Source: an uncultured Planctomycetia bacterium (GTDB lineage: Bacteria > Omnitrophota > Gorgyraeia > 2-02-FULL-51-18). Taken from it: a stretch of DNA of 64,000 nucleotides. A model generated the notes under the pieces. The model made no database searches. It saw only the letters and a program-made list of their open reading frames with translations, and was not told where the DNA came from. The stretch spans positions 4,965 to 68,964 of the forward strand of contig CAZVNB010000033.1 in NCBI GenBank assembly GCA_964628355.1, written 5' to 3'. Numbering within the stretch: the first letter of the stretch is position 1; each line of letters begins with the position of its first letter. Shown in pieces: positions 18,884 through 28,859 of this stretch. The position numbers and the translations under genes are program-made.

Positions 18884-19846
18884 TCATCTTTCCACCAAAG
18901 TCGTTAAAAATAAAACGGCCATCCGCACCGCAACGCCATTGGTCACCTGATCCAAAATCACCGATTGCGCCCCGTCCGCGACTTCGGCTGAAAGTTCAAC
19001 ACCGCGGTTGATGGGACCCGGATGCATGATGACCACGTCCTTCTTGGCCTTTTTCATCCGCTCGTTGGAAATACCGTATTCGGCCGCATACTCCCTCAAG
19101 GAAGGAAAAAAAGCACCTTGCTGCCGTTCCAGCTGGATTCTTAAAATATTGAGCACATCCTGTTTTTCAATGATGCTGTCCAAATCATAGGCCACCTCTA
19201 CCCCCAGTGCTTCGATTTTTTTGGGGATCAGCGTCGGAGGTCCGCATACCGTCACCTTAGCGCCAAGTTTTTTGAGACCCCAAATGTTGGAACGCGCCAC
19301 GCGGGAATGAAGAATGTCGCCGATCAGACAAATGTTCAGTCCTTTAATTTCCTTTTTCTTTTCACGAATGGTAAAAATATCAAGCAATCCCTGAGTGGGG
19401 TGTTCATGAATGCCGTCTCCGGCATTAATCACACCGGTTTTAAGAGTGCGCGCGAGATATTCAGCCGAACCCGAAGAGGAGTGCCGCATCACAATCGTAT
19501 CCACTTGCATGGCTTCGATGTTTCTTGCCGTATCGCGCAAGCTTTCTCCTTTTGAAGTGCTGGACCCTGCGGATTGAAAATTGAGTATGTCGGCCGACAA
19601 ACGCTTGGCGGCTAGTTCAAAACTCGTGCGTGTTCTAGTGGAGGACTCAAAAAAAAGATTCGCCACGGTTTTACCTCGCAAAGCCGGAACTTTTTTTATC
19701 TCACGAGTCGACACTTCTTTGAACGATTCTGCCGTCTGAAGAATAAGCTCGATTTCTTCTTTTGAGAGCTCCTCTACCGATAAAAGATCTTTTCTATTCC
19801 ACCGGAGCTGTCCTTCTTCCATCTTCTGCGTTCTATTTTCTATCAT
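18884..19846 (-). CDS. pyrB: Aspartate carbamoyltransferase catalytic subunit
   Basis: STRTR and HPTQ motifs; 320 aa. Confidence 0.9.
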   Translation of the reverse strand: MIENRTQKMEEGQLRWNRKDLLSVEELSKEEIELILQTAESFKEVSTREIKKVPALRGKTVANLFFESSTRTRTSFELAAKRLSADILNFQSAGSSTSKGESLRDTARNIEAMQVDTIVMRHSSSGSAEYLARTLKTGVINAGDGIHEHPTQGLLDIFTIREKKKEIKGLNICLIGDILHSRVARSNIWGLKKLGAKVTVCGPPTLIPKKIEALGVEVAYDLDSIIEKQDVLNILRIQLERQQGAFFPSLREYAAEYGISNERMKKAKKDVVIMHPGPINRGVELSAEVADGAQSVILDQVTNGVAVRMAVLFLTTLVER

Positions 19847-20373
19847 TTGCCGATGACCACCACTTCTTCAGTGCTGTCGGTTTCTGACAGCCGCACGTGC
19901 ACGATTTCCTCATCACTGGTGGGAATGTTTTTCCCGATGAAATCCGCGCGGATAGGCAGCTCCCGATGGCCGCGGTCGATCAACACCGCAAGCTCTATTT
20001 TTTTTGGACGGCCAAAATCCACGAGCGCGTCCAGTGCCGATCGTACCGTCCGGCCCGTGTACAACACATCATCCACCAACACAATGGTTTGTCCGTCCAA
20101 ATTGAAATTAATTTCGGTTTTACGAATCACCGGTTGTTCGGCCACACGCGTCAAATCGTCGCGATAAAGATTGATGTCAAGAATACCGTTTGGCACTTTG
20201 CGGCCGGAAATGAATTCGATAGCTTTACCGATACGCTCGGCGAGAATCACACCGCGAGTCTGAATCCCTATCAGAGCAAGCCCCTCCACCCCTTTATTTT
20301 TTTCGAGAATCTCATGGGCCATGCGGGTGAGCGTGCGTTCGATGGATGCGCCGTCGAGAACAAGTTTCAGCAT
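19843..20373 (-). CDS. pyrR: PyrR, bifunctional pyr operon attenuation regulator / uracil phosphoribosyltransferase
   Basis: PRT-fold [12 protein letters not shown]. The true start is ATG 20373 (MLKLVLDG). The listed upstream MGFFLPEIRP is the translated poly-U tract of the attenuator terminator. Confidence 0.9.
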   Translation of the reverse strand: MLKLVLDGASIERTLTRMAHEILEKNKGVEGLALIGIQTRGVILAERIGKAIEFISGRKVPNGILDINLYRDDLTRVAEQPVIRKTEINFNLDGQTIVLVDDVLYTGRTVRSALDALVDFGRPKKIELAVLIDRGHRELPIRADFIGKNIPTSDEEIVHVRLSETDSTEEVVVIGK

Positions 20374-20389
20374 GGGGCGAATTTCGGGC

Positions 20390-20420
20390 AGAAAAAATCC
20401 CACGACAGCGTGGCGTGGGA
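20390..20420 (-). terminator. Intrinsic terminator of the pyr leader (attenuator)
   Basis: Minus-strand RNA UCCCACG-CCACGCUGU-CGUGGGA followed by UUUUUUCU, ~15 nt upstream of the pyrR ATG. Confidence 0.75.
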
Positions 20421-20458
20421 TTCAATATTTTGGATAATTTTCATGTATCTCCTTTTTG

Positions 20459-20473
20459 AGCCTCTCAGGACCC
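20459..20473 (-). promoter_or_regulatory. PyrR RNA-binding loop in the pyr leader
   Basis: Minus-strand RNA GGGUCCUGAGAGGCU matches the conserved PyrR binding-loop consensus (UCCNGNGAGG core). Confidence 0.75.
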
Positions 20474-20504
20474 ATTTAAAAGGTGGAAGTTTAAAGCTTT
20501 CGAG

Positions 20505-20533
20505 AGTATACCCGCAAATTTTGGTCGTGTCAA
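20505..20533 (-). promoter_or_regulatory. Sigma70-type promoter of the pyr operon
   Basis: Minus strand TTGACA, a 17-nt spacer, then TATACT. Confidence 0.6.
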
Positions 20534-20547
20534 CGGCCTTTTTTAAA

Positions 20548-21429
20548 CTATTTTTGGCTCGACACTACCGCGTAGGCCCTAAATTTGGAAGTTAGGTTCT
20601 CCAAATCCATATCATATATCTCTTTAAGAGCCTCCTTCAATGAAACGCCGGACGCCGTTTTTTGCAGAAACGAATAAAATTTCTTTTCATCGTTATTAAG
20701 AATCAGGTATCGAACAAAAAGTTCGCTTTCATGGTAAAAAATACCCTTCGCTTCCGGCGTTTCGGGATAATTTTTCATCGCAACCAATTGATCCAGCGGA
20801 ATGAAATCTTTCTCCGGAACCCTAGCAATAGTCCGAAAGTTGTATTCATTGCCATCTGCCTGCAACGCAATGGCCTTGTAAGACATGAACTCGGCAAAGC
20901 CTTCATTCAAATAAAGAGGCACTGTGCCTTTTAAAAATCGATAAACAACAATGTGTGTAATTTCATGAGCCAGCACTTTTTGAGGTGTTAGATAAAACGG
21001 CTCTCGATAAATAAAAAGTTCGGTACCGTTCGTATAGGCTTCGGCGCCTGGCAACCGCTCGCCGGGTTGTTTATTAAATTCCTGCCAAGATATTTTATTT
21101 TCAAAAATATAAATATGACATTTCGTGGACCAATGGTCTTCGGAAACACCAAACATATCCTTGATCCATCGGTAAGCGACTTCCGCGTGAACATAAACGG
21201 TTTCGGCTTCTTTTTCGTCACGAAAGTGATAAACAAAATGTTCCGTTTCTGCGTGCTTCCAGAGATCGCGATCTATTTGCAACGCCGCACGTCCATCTGC
21301 GCTCACACTTCGGTCGGAGAGATCGCGCCAGTCAACGATTTTAACTAAGGATTGGGAAAACGACGAGGGAACAACGAGGAATGAAATAAAAAAAGTTAAA
21401 AAAACAGTGCGCGAGACGCGCTCACACAC
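20548..21429 (-). CDS. Secreted putative zinc metallopeptidase (HExxH)
   Basis: N-terminal signal peptide; an HEITH motif with a downstream E (NEGFAEF). Confidence 0.45.
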   Translation of the reverse strand: MCERVSRTVFLTFFISFLVVPSSFSQSLVKIVDWRDLSDRSVSADGRAALQIDRDLWKHAETEHFVYHFRDEKEAETVYVHAEVAYRWIKDMFGVSEDHWSTKCHIYIFENKISWQEFNKQPGERLPGAEAYTNGTELFIYREPFYLTPQKVLAHEITHIVVYRFLKGTVPLYLNEGFAEFMSYKAIALQADGNEYNFRTIARVPEKDFIPLDQLVAMKNYPETPEAKGIFYHESELFVRYLILNNDEKKFYSFLQKTASGVSLKEALKEIYDMDLENLTSKFRAYAVVSSQK

Positions 21430-21435
21430 AGCGCG

Positions 21436-21927
21436 TCAAAACAACCTTCGCTTTTTTTGTTGTTTTTTTGGAAGCTCGATTCCTTCGGAACGGATCTGAT
21501 CCGACTGCGCGAGAAACAAGGACGCGTCTTCCGGTAGAAGAATCCAATCCGGCGTGCCTGTCACCACGTCCGTCTCTGACGAATGCTCGCGGGAATAATA
21601 AGAAATCAGCCGTTTGGCTTCCGTAAAACTGATTTTAACGCCATCCCATAGAATTTTTTTCACCGAACCACCGGCTTTGAATACACCTTCCACCCAATCA
21701 TAATAACCGCTGGCATAACTTCCGTTTTTTTGTTTCAAGACGTAAGCGGGAACTCCATAATAATTATAGTAGCCTTCGAGGCTTCTAAAATTTCTTCTGG
21801 GTTCACTCATAGCGCCGATGATCTCCGTTTGGTAAATCAATAATTGCAATATATCACTTCGTAAAACAAAGTCAATAGTACAAACATAATATTTTTTAAA
21901 AAAATTTTCCGTACAAGACGGATTCAT
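21436..21927 (-). CDS. Hypothetical protein
   Basis: ORF only. The more plausible start is the internal M (MSEPRR, ~21813). Confidence 0.35.
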   Translation of the reverse strand: MNPSCTENFFKKYYVCTIDFVLRSDILQLLIYQTEIIGAMSEPRRNFRSLEGYYNYYGVPAYVLKQKNGSYASGYYDWVEGVFKAGGSVKKILWDGVKISFTEAKRLISYYSREHSSETDVVTGTPDWILLPEDASLFLAQSDQIRSEGIELPKKQQKKRRLF

Positions 21928-22026
21928 CGTCTCGCGAAAAGTTTCATTTTTTAAATCATTCGGAGATAGAGAATTAAAAGAAGGAGGGAGAAAAAAAGAA
22001 GTAACATATTGATCCAGCGCAACAAC

Positions 22027-24798
22027 TCACCCCGTGCTTTTCATCCCAAACGCAATACCGTTTACGGTTAGAAGCAGGATTTCGTCAATTTTTCGGCGAT
22101 CTTCGTCACTCAGCGATGCAGTTTTGTTTTTTAACTCTTCTAAAAACCGGACTTGCAGGTAGTTCAACGGGTCGACGTACGGATTTCGCTGACGGATTGA
22201 GTCGCGTAAAACACGGTGCGTGTCCAAAAGCTCCTTCTGCGAACTGACTTCAAGCACCTTGGCTACGGCCCTTTCGTGTTCAGAAGCGATGAGCCCATGG
22301 ATTGATTTCCGAAGCGAAATATCTTGCGCAAGCTCGGCATATTGCGCGGCCATGGACAAATCTGTTTTGGCCAAAGACGTTTGCACGTTATTAATGAGAG
22401 AGCGAAAAAACGGCCACTCCTGGTACATTTCCTGTAGTTCGGCCGCACCATGCTCCCCTCGATCTTGCATGTACTGCTCCAGCGCGTAACCGATCCCATA
22501 CCAAGCCGAGATAATGTAGCGAGACTGGATCCAGCTAAACACCCAAGGGATCGCACGAAGTTCTTCAAACGTTTCTTTAGAACCACGCAGCGCCGGGCGT
22601 GAGCCAATCTTGGCCATTTTAAGAACGCGAATCGGCGTCACCTGGTTATAAAAATCAAGAAAATGCGGTGTATCGAATACCAGTTTCCTATAGTGCGCGT
22701 AGGAAAGATCTGAAAGAAGCTCCATGCGGTTTTCCCAGCCGGGTATCTTTTTATTTTTCTCGACTTCCTTTTTGCTGACGAGATTGGTCCATACAACCGC
22801 TGTGATCATTTGCTCGAGATTTCTCTCAGCGATCACGGGATTGGCATATTTTTGTGCCACCACTTCTCCTTGCTCAGTCACCTTAATACGTCCGGAAGAA
22901 GCCGCAAAAGGTTGGGCAAGAATTGCACGGTGAGATTCTCCACCCCCGCGATCGATGGTTCCGCCTTTTCCGTGAAAAAGGTCCAGTTTCACATGGTATC
23001 GCTCGGCTGTTTCATGCAATTTTTTCTGCGCCAAGTATAGTTTCCAATTCGCCGTGAGATACCCACCGTCCTTAGAACTGTCCGAATAACCGAGCATGAC
23101 TTCCTGCACGTTATTGCGTGATTTAAGATACGAACGATACACGGGAATTGAAAAAAGAGATTCCATCACCTCATGCGCACACTCTAGAGATCGGATCGAC
23201 TCAAAAAGCGGAATGAGGCCAATACAGCTTTTCTTAACCTCTTTTTTAGAAATGCGAATCAGTCCTTTTTGCTGTGCCAAATAAAAAAGTCCGAGAATGT
23301 CTTCGCTGCCCTCGGTCATGCTGACAATAAAATCTTCCACCACTTTTGAATCAACTCTTTCCTGAATAAAACGCATGGTCTCCAACTGCTGTAAAAATTC
23401 CCGCGAGACGGGAGACAAAAAAACATTGGGGCTGATTTTTGTATTCAACAATATTTTCTTGAGAATCGCGCCGGATTCGTAGGGAGCATCAGGGAAAATT
23501 TCTAAAAATACTTGTTTGATTTTTTTCGCATGGTCGCGGAAATCAAGACTCGCCAAATGGAAACCAAAAAAATGCACCTGATCGATCAGTTTGTCGAAAT
23601 CCGAGACAGACAAAGTCCCTTTGTGCGCCCGAAGACTTTCTCTGACAATCGTCAAATCCTTCAAAAACTCGGCCGGAGAGTAACCGGGCTTGCGATGGCG
23701 CATCAGATTATCAAGTTTTTGGTGCATAAACGAAAATTTCTTCCGGTAAATCTCGCTCGATTCAAACCGTTCAAGCTCAGCGGCAAGCGCTGGCATCGCT
23801 TTGGCGTCCTCCGCTACAGAATCCATAAGTTTTTTGCTGACTTTTACGACGTCCAGCGACTGACTGTGTTTGCGAATCAAGTCTTCAATGGCTGCCAAAT
23901 AAACTTTCAAAATGAGTTTTTTTTGTAAACCTGCCGTTTTTTTTGTGATTTCACACGTGACGAATGGATTGCCGTCGCGATCGGCTCCCACCCAGGAGCC
24001 GAAATAAACGAATGGATCGATCGCCAAATCATTTTTTCCGAAAAATCGGTTGAACTCATGACGCACATGTTGATGCAGCTCGGGCAGTAAACTCAAAATT
24101 GTCCGCTGAAAATAAAAAAGCGTCTGATCGACTTCGTCCATGACTTCCACACGTCGCTGACGGATTTCGGCAGTCTGCCACAAAATTTCCAATGTTTCCT
24201 TGATGCTATTCGTCGCTGCTTCACGTTCGAATAAGGTCAAATCGGCGCGATTCAAGTAATGGAGTTGCGCCGCGATTCGCAGCAAATGATCCAACACGGT
24301 GCGACGCTTGGCTTCGGTAGGATGCGCGGTCAAGACGAGTTCGATACGCATCTCGGACATAAATTTGGCCACATCTTCACCGGACAAACCCTGGCGTTTT
24401 AGATCAAAAAAAAGTTTTCGTAGCGACATTTCTTGCTGCATTGAGGGATCTTTTTCATATTCACGAATGCGGCGCACACGTTGCATTTCTTCGGCAATGT
24501 TGACCAGTTGAAAATAAATCGTGAAAGCCCGGGCAATCTTGTAAGCTTCATCCAAATCCAGCGAACCGATAAGTTTTTTTTGTTCTACGATCAAATCAGG
24601 ATTTGGATTCTGTCGGATGTTTTTAGCCAACACACGAATCTGCTCGATCTTAGAAAAAAGCTTCTCCCCCTCCTGTTCCCGAATCACGTCTCCTAGCAAT
24701 GTCGTCAAAAAACGAACGTCTTTTCGAAGCGGCGAAAAAACCGCATTTTTTTCGACTTCCTGACTTGTGGCGTTGTGGGTTTCTTTAACCATGGACAT
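22027..24798 (-). CDS. ppc: Phosphoenolpyruvate carboxylase
   Basis: 923 aa; VLTAHPTE motif and conserved C-terminal region. Confidence 0.95.
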   Translation of the reverse strand: MSMVKETHNATSQEVEKNAVFSPLRKDVRFLTTLLGDVIREQEGEKLFSKIEQIRVLAKNIRQNPNPDLIVEQKKLIGSLDLDEAYKIARAFTIYFQLVNIAEEMQRVRRIREYEKDPSMQQEMSLRKLFFDLKRQGLSGEDVAKFMSEMRIELVLTAHPTEAKRRTVLDHLLRIAAQLHYLNRADLTLFEREAATNSIKETLEILWQTAEIRQRRVEVMDEVDQTLFYFQRTILSLLPELHQHVRHEFNRFFGKNDLAIDPFVYFGSWVGADRDGNPFVTCEITKKTAGLQKKLILKVYLAAIEDLIRKHSQSLDVVKVSKKLMDSVAEDAKAMPALAAELERFESSEIYRKKFSFMHQKLDNLMRHRKPGYSPAEFLKDLTIVRESLRAHKGTLSVSDFDKLIDQVHFFGFHLASLDFRDHAKKIKQVFLEIFPDAPYESGAILKKILLNTKISPNVFLSPVSREFLQQLETMRFIQERVDSKVVEDFIVSMTEGSEDILGLFYLAQQKGLIRISKKEVKKSCIGLIPLFESIRSLECAHEVMESLFSIPVYRSYLKSRNNVQEVMLGYSDSSKDGGYLTANWKLYLAQKKLHETAERYHVKLDLFHGKGGTIDRGGGESHRAILAQPFAASSGRIKVTEQGEVVAQKYANPVIAERNLEQMITAVVWTNLVSKKEVEKNKKIPGWENRMELLSDLSYAHYRKLVFDTPHFLDFYNQVTPIRVLKMAKIGSRPALRGSKETFEELRAIPWVFSWIQSRYIISAWYGIGYALEQYMQDRGEHGAAELQEMYQEWPFFRSLINNVQTSLAKTDLSMAAQYAELAQDISLRKSIHGLIASEHERAVAKVLEVSSQKELLDTHRVLRDSIRQRNPYVDPLNYLQVRFLEELKNKTASLSDEDRRKIDEILLLTVNGIAFGMKSTG

Positions 24799-24811
24799 TG
24801 CGCCTAAAAGA

Positions 24812-25225
24812 TTAACCGCACTCTTTTAAAAGTTCGGGATGTTCATATTCGTTGCCGAGTACTTCCATTTTTAGATTATCAGGGTTGCCGGTAATGCCAT
24901 GCTTTTTCAAAAGCTCAATAAGCGGATGAAGCTTGCGCGAACCAAACATGTCCGGCACCGACCCCACCAAACCCACAAACCTCTGATCGCGATGCTGGAT
25001 CCGGACGACATCCCCTTCATAGATTTCTTTCCTATTTTGGTCCTCCAGTCCGGTGCTTTCAAGCAAAAAACAGTCGTTATAATGTACACGTTTCACCGGG
25101 CGATCGTTTCCGTCTTCATCTGATGGATCCTTTTCGCACAAAAGCACATGGAACAGTTTTTGATACCCACGATAATACATTTTATTTTCTTTGTGATGCC
25201 ACGCGCGAAACTTGAGTTCTTTCAT
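24812..25225 (-). CDS. YopX-like (phage-associated) domain protein
   Basis: N-terminal MKELKFRAW...YY matches the characteristic YopX-family start; 137 aa. Confidence 0.45.
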   Translation of the reverse strand: MKELKFRAWHHKENKMYYRGYQKLFHVLLCEKDPSDEDGNDRPVKRVHYNDCFLLESTGLEDQNRKEIYEGDVVRIQHRDQRFVGLVGSVPDMFGSRKLHPLIELLKKHGITGNPDNLKMEVLGNEYEHPELLKECG

Positions 25226-25341
25226 CAGATTGTGCAGTCTGCTGGTTTTTTATCAAACTATTAATCTCTGCAACGACAAGTCCTTAACAGGGATAATGAT
25301 TTTGCGCAGGGCATGCGCCGTCATCCCAATTAAGGGCTGGC

Positions 25342-26043
25342 CTATTTCGTCTGTGGATCGGAACACTGAACATACAACAAATTTAATAGTACCACAAACT
25401 CCCCCAAAACCTTCTTGTTCGAGAAATAACCGACAACCTCGCTCAAGGGTCCGCGACGAAGTTCTTCGAACTTTTTCGTCAACTCTCGCGCCACCACTAC
25501 CGGCACGTCGCCGAATACCTGGCGCATGGCCTCGAGCGTTTTTAAAAGACGGTGCGGAGATTCATAAAAAATAAGCGTGCGAGTTTCGTTTTTCAGGGAC
25601 TGGAGCCACTTTTTACGCGCACCCGGCTTCACAGGCGCGAATCCTTCGAATATAAAACGATTCATCGGCAACCCCGACAGAACAAGCGCCGTCAAAAAAG
25701 CGGCGGCTCCCGGCACCGTTTCCAAACGAATGTTCCGGCGAATTGCCTCCTGAATCAGGCGAAAACCAGGATCTGCGATGCCCGGAGTGCCGGCATCGGA
25801 AATCAACGCGGCTTTCGCACCTTCTTCGATTTTTTGAATTAGCTCTGGCGCGCGTTTTTTTTCAGAGAAATCGAAATAACTGACCAAAGGTTTTCGGATG
25901 CCATAGTGATCGAGTAAAATTTTCGAATGACGCGTGTCTTCACACGCAATCCAATCAACGCTTTTAAGCACTTCAACGGCACGATGGGAAAAATCGCCGA
26001 GATGGCCGATCGGGGTGGCGACTAAATAAAGAACCCCGTTCAT
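25342..26043 (-). CDS. rsmI: 16S rRNA (cytidine1402-2'-O)-methyltransferase
   Basis: Tetrapyrrole-methylase fold; LYLVATPIGHLGD and ACEDTR motifs. Confidence 0.85.
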   Translation of the reverse strand: MNGVLYLVATPIGHLGDFSHRAVEVLKSVDWIACEDTRHSKILLDHYGIRKPLVSYFDFSEKKRAPELIQKIEEGAKAALISDAGTPGIADPGFRLIQEAIRRNIRLETVPGAAAFLTALVLSGLPMNRFIFEGFAPVKPGARKKWLQSLKNETRTLIFYESPHRLLKTLEAMRQVFGDVPVVVARELTKKFEELRRGPLSEVVGYFSNKKVLGEFVVLLNLLYVQCSDPQTK

Positions 26044-26047
26044 GGGG

Positions 26048-28000
26048 TCACTCGACCGTTACGGACTTTGCCAGGTTTCGTGGCTGATCAATGTCCTCCC
26101 CAAACTCGCGAGCCACGCAATAAGCCAACAGCTGCAACGGGAGTATGGTCACCAGCGGTGAAAAAATTTCGGCTACGCGAGGCACCTCGATGACGTAAGC
26201 TGGATTTAATTTACGTATCTCTTCATTTCCTTCGGTGACAATGGGGATCAAATATCCTTTGCGCGCTCTGATTTCTTGTATATTTGAAATCATTTTTTCG
26301 TAGGTTTTTGAATCGGGCGCGAGGCAGATCACCCAAGGGTTTTCGTCGATCAGCGCAATCGGACCATGCTTCATTTCCCCCGCCGGATAACCTTCGGCGG
26401 GAATGTAGGAAATTTCTTTCAACTTCAATGCCCCTTCGATTGCGTTAGGATAATTAATGTTGCGCCCGAGATAAAGAAAAAAACCATTGGGCGCGCGTTT
26501 ACGTTTGTCTGGATCCGCCGAAAAATATTTCTCGAGTTGCTCATGATAACGCACGTTAAAATCATGCGCGTTTTTCTTCCAATTATCCTCGTCTTTTTTA
26601 TAATCGTCCAAAAACCGCTGCATTAGGGCCGGCACACGAAAAAATTCCTTGAGCAACGCCGTTTGCCGGGTTCCCGGCAATGTTTTTCGGAGCGCGCCAA
26701 GATAAAGCGCCAAAAGATACAAAATCGCAAGTTGCGCCGTGTACGCTTTCGTAGAAGCCACGGCAATTTCAGGCCCGGCATGCGTGTAAATAACGCCCTT
26801 AGCCTCGCGAGCGAGCGAACTGCCCAACACATTGCAAATAGTAAGAGTCAGAGCTTTTTTTCGGTTGGCTTCACGCACCCCGGCTAATGTGTCGGCAGTT
26901 TCGCCGCTTTGTGAAATCGCAATCACGAGTGTGCCGGGCCCAATTTTTGGATCCCGGTAACGAAATTCGGATGAGGTATCCACACTCACGGCCAGATCGC
27001 TGAATTCCTCAAAAATATATTTTCCCACAAGTCCCGCGTGATGCGCCGTGCCACAGGCAATTATGACAATGTTTTTTATTTTTTTGAGTGCTGGGGCCGT
27101 AATTTTAAGTTCATCAAAATGAATTTGGCAGCCACCTGCAGGGCCTTTTCGGACACGCGCCGACTTGCCGGTATGGGCGGAATTTACACGTTCTTTGAGA
27201 ATCGCGCTTAAAATGTCTGGCTGCTCAAAAATTTCCTTCAGCATGAAATGAGGAAAGCCGCCTTTTTTTGCCTGCGCCAAGTCCCAATCAATTTTAGTGG
27301 GAGCTCGTGAAATTGTTTTGCCGGAAAAATCGGTGATCACGCACTGATCGCGCGTCAGTATCACGATTTCGCCGTTCTCGATAAAAAGAATGTGATTGGT
27401 GTAGTCCAAAACAGCAGAAATGTCGCTGGCCAGAAAATTTTCATGATCGGCTTTCCCGACAACCAGCGGACTGTCGAGCTTGGCCGCCACAATCTTGCCG
27501 GGCTCGCGTGAACAAAGTGCGGCAATGGCATAAGTGCCTTTCAAATCACGCAATGCTCGTCGCACGGCATTTTCTAAATTTCCTTTATAATATTTCGAAA
27601 TCAAATGAACGATCACCTCTGTGTCAGTCTCTGAACGGAAATGGATGCCTTCCTGCTCAAGGCTTTTTCTCAAATCAAAATTATTTTCGATAATTCCGTT
27701 ATGAACCACGGCGATCTGATTTTGGTTGTCCAAATGCGGATGCGCATTCGCCTCGGAAGGAACCCCGTGGGTGGCCCATCGTGTGTGGCCAAGGGCTGTC
27801 TGCCCTTTTAAAGGATGACGCTTTAAAATCTCCTCGAGATTGCATATTTTGCCGCGGGTTTTCACCACCTGAAGCGTGTTCAAACCGTTTTGCATGGCAA
27901 TACCAGAAGAGTCATAACCCCGGTATTCCAGGTGCTTTAGTCCTTGAATTACAAGGTCTTGCGCTTCCTTGCTTCCTGTATATCCAAAAATTCCACACAT
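26048..28000 (-). CDS. glmS: Glutamine--fructose-6-phosphate aminotransferase
   Basis: Starts MCGIFGY (Ntn Cys) at ATG 28000, followed by two SIS domains. The listed ORF start at 28084 is an upstream extension. Confidence 0.95.
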   Translation of the reverse strand: MCGIFGYTGSKEAQDLVIQGLKHLEYRGYDSSGIAMQNGLNTLQVVKTRGKICNLEEILKRHPLKGQTALGHTRWATHGVPSEANAHPHLDNQNQIAVVHNGIIENNFDLRKSLEQEGIHFRSETDTEVIVHLISKYYKGNLENAVRRALRDLKGTYAIAALCSREPGKIVAAKLDSPLVVGKADHENFLASDISAVLDYTNHILFIENGEIVILTRDQCVITDFSGKTISRAPTKIDWDLAQAKKGGFPHFMLKEIFEQPDILSAILKERVNSAHTGKSARVRKGPAGGCQIHFDELKITAPALKKIKNIVIIACGTAHHAGLVGKYIFEEFSDLAVSVDTSSEFRYRDPKIGPGTLVIAISQSGETADTLAGVREANRKKALTLTICNVLGSSLAREAKGVIYTHAGPEIAVASTKAYTAQLAILYLLALYLGALRKTLPGTRQTALLKEFFRVPALMQRFLDDYKKDEDNWKKNAHDFNVRYHEQLEKYFSADPDKRKRAPNGFFLYLGRNINYPNAIEGALKLKEISYIPAEGYPAGEMKHGPIALIDENPWVICLAPDSKTYEKMISNIQEIRARKGYLIPIVTEGNEEIRKLNPAYVIEVPRVAEIFSPLVTILPLQLLAYCVAREFGEDIDQPRNLAKSVTVE

Positions 28001-28082
28001 CGTTTGACCCCCATATGACCGTTGATTGTACCCCAAAAACTGTGTTTCTTCCAGAAAAGGGGCTCTGTGGTATAATCGGCGC

Positions 28083-28859
28083 ATGAATTGGATTCATGCT
28101 GTTATTTTCGGGGCTGTGGAAGGCATCACGGAATTTCTTCCTATCTCATCCACCGGACATCTCATTTTGACCGCACGACTTTTGGGCCTGCCCCAAACAG
28201 AAGCGATGAAATCCTTCGAGATTGCAATCCAGCTCGGGGCAATTCTCGCCGTGGTTTGGCTTTACTGGCGCTCATTGTTAGTAGAATGGGAAATATTAAA
28301 ACGCGTGCTTGCGGCGTTTTTTCCAACAGCCGTCATTGGATTTTTACTCTATCGTTTGATAAAAAAATTTCTTTTTTCTGGTGAAGCTGCCGTGCTTTGG
28401 GCGTTGGCGGTGGGCGGTTTTATCCTCATCTTTTTTGATCTGTTCCATAGAGAAAAAAGTAGCGACACCCACAACATCGCGCACGTCTCTTTTCCCAAAG
28501 CAGTGGGAATCGGCATGATCCAGTCTGTGGCCGTCATTCCGGGTGTTTCACGTTCCGCCGCAACAATTGTGGGAGGCCTTCTTTTGGGAATCGATCGAAA
28601 AAAAGCGGTGGAGTTTTCATTTTTACTCGCGGTCCCGACTATCCTTGCTGCCACGGCGTTTGATCTTCTAAAAAATAAATCAGTGTTCGCGCAAAGTGAC
28701 TGGGGGATGCTTTTATTAGGCGGTTTTGTGTCATTTATCGTCGCTATTTTTAGCATCCAATTTTTTCTTGGCTTTATTCAACAACAAAAACGCGGGCTGC
28801 TATTTTTTGGCGTTTATCGCATTCTTCTTGCCATTGTTTTTTGGAGTTTCGTGAAATGA
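28083..28859 (+). CDS. uppP: Undecaprenyl-diphosphatase
   Basis: MNWIHAVIFGAVEGITEFLPISSTGHL signature of the BacA/UppP family; multi-TM. Confidence 0.9.
   Translation: MNWIHAVIFGAVEGITEFLPISSTGHLILTARLLGLPQTEAMKSFEIAIQLGAILAVVWLYWRSLLVEWEILKRVLAAFFPTAVIGFLLYRLIKKFLFSGEAAVLWALAVGGFILIFFDLFHREKSSDTHNIAHVSFPKAVGIGMIQSVAVIPGVSRSAATIVGGLLLGIDRKKAVEFSFLLAVPTILAATAFDLLKNKSVFAQSDWGMLLLGGFVSFIVAIFSIQFFLGFIQQQKRGLLFFGVYRILLAIVFWSFVK

Noticed and set aside
20374-20403. N-terminal extension MGFFLPEIRP of the listed pyrR ORF
   Set aside because: It is the in-frame read-through of the attenuator terminator and its U-tract. The real start is the ATG at 20373 (MLKLVLDG).
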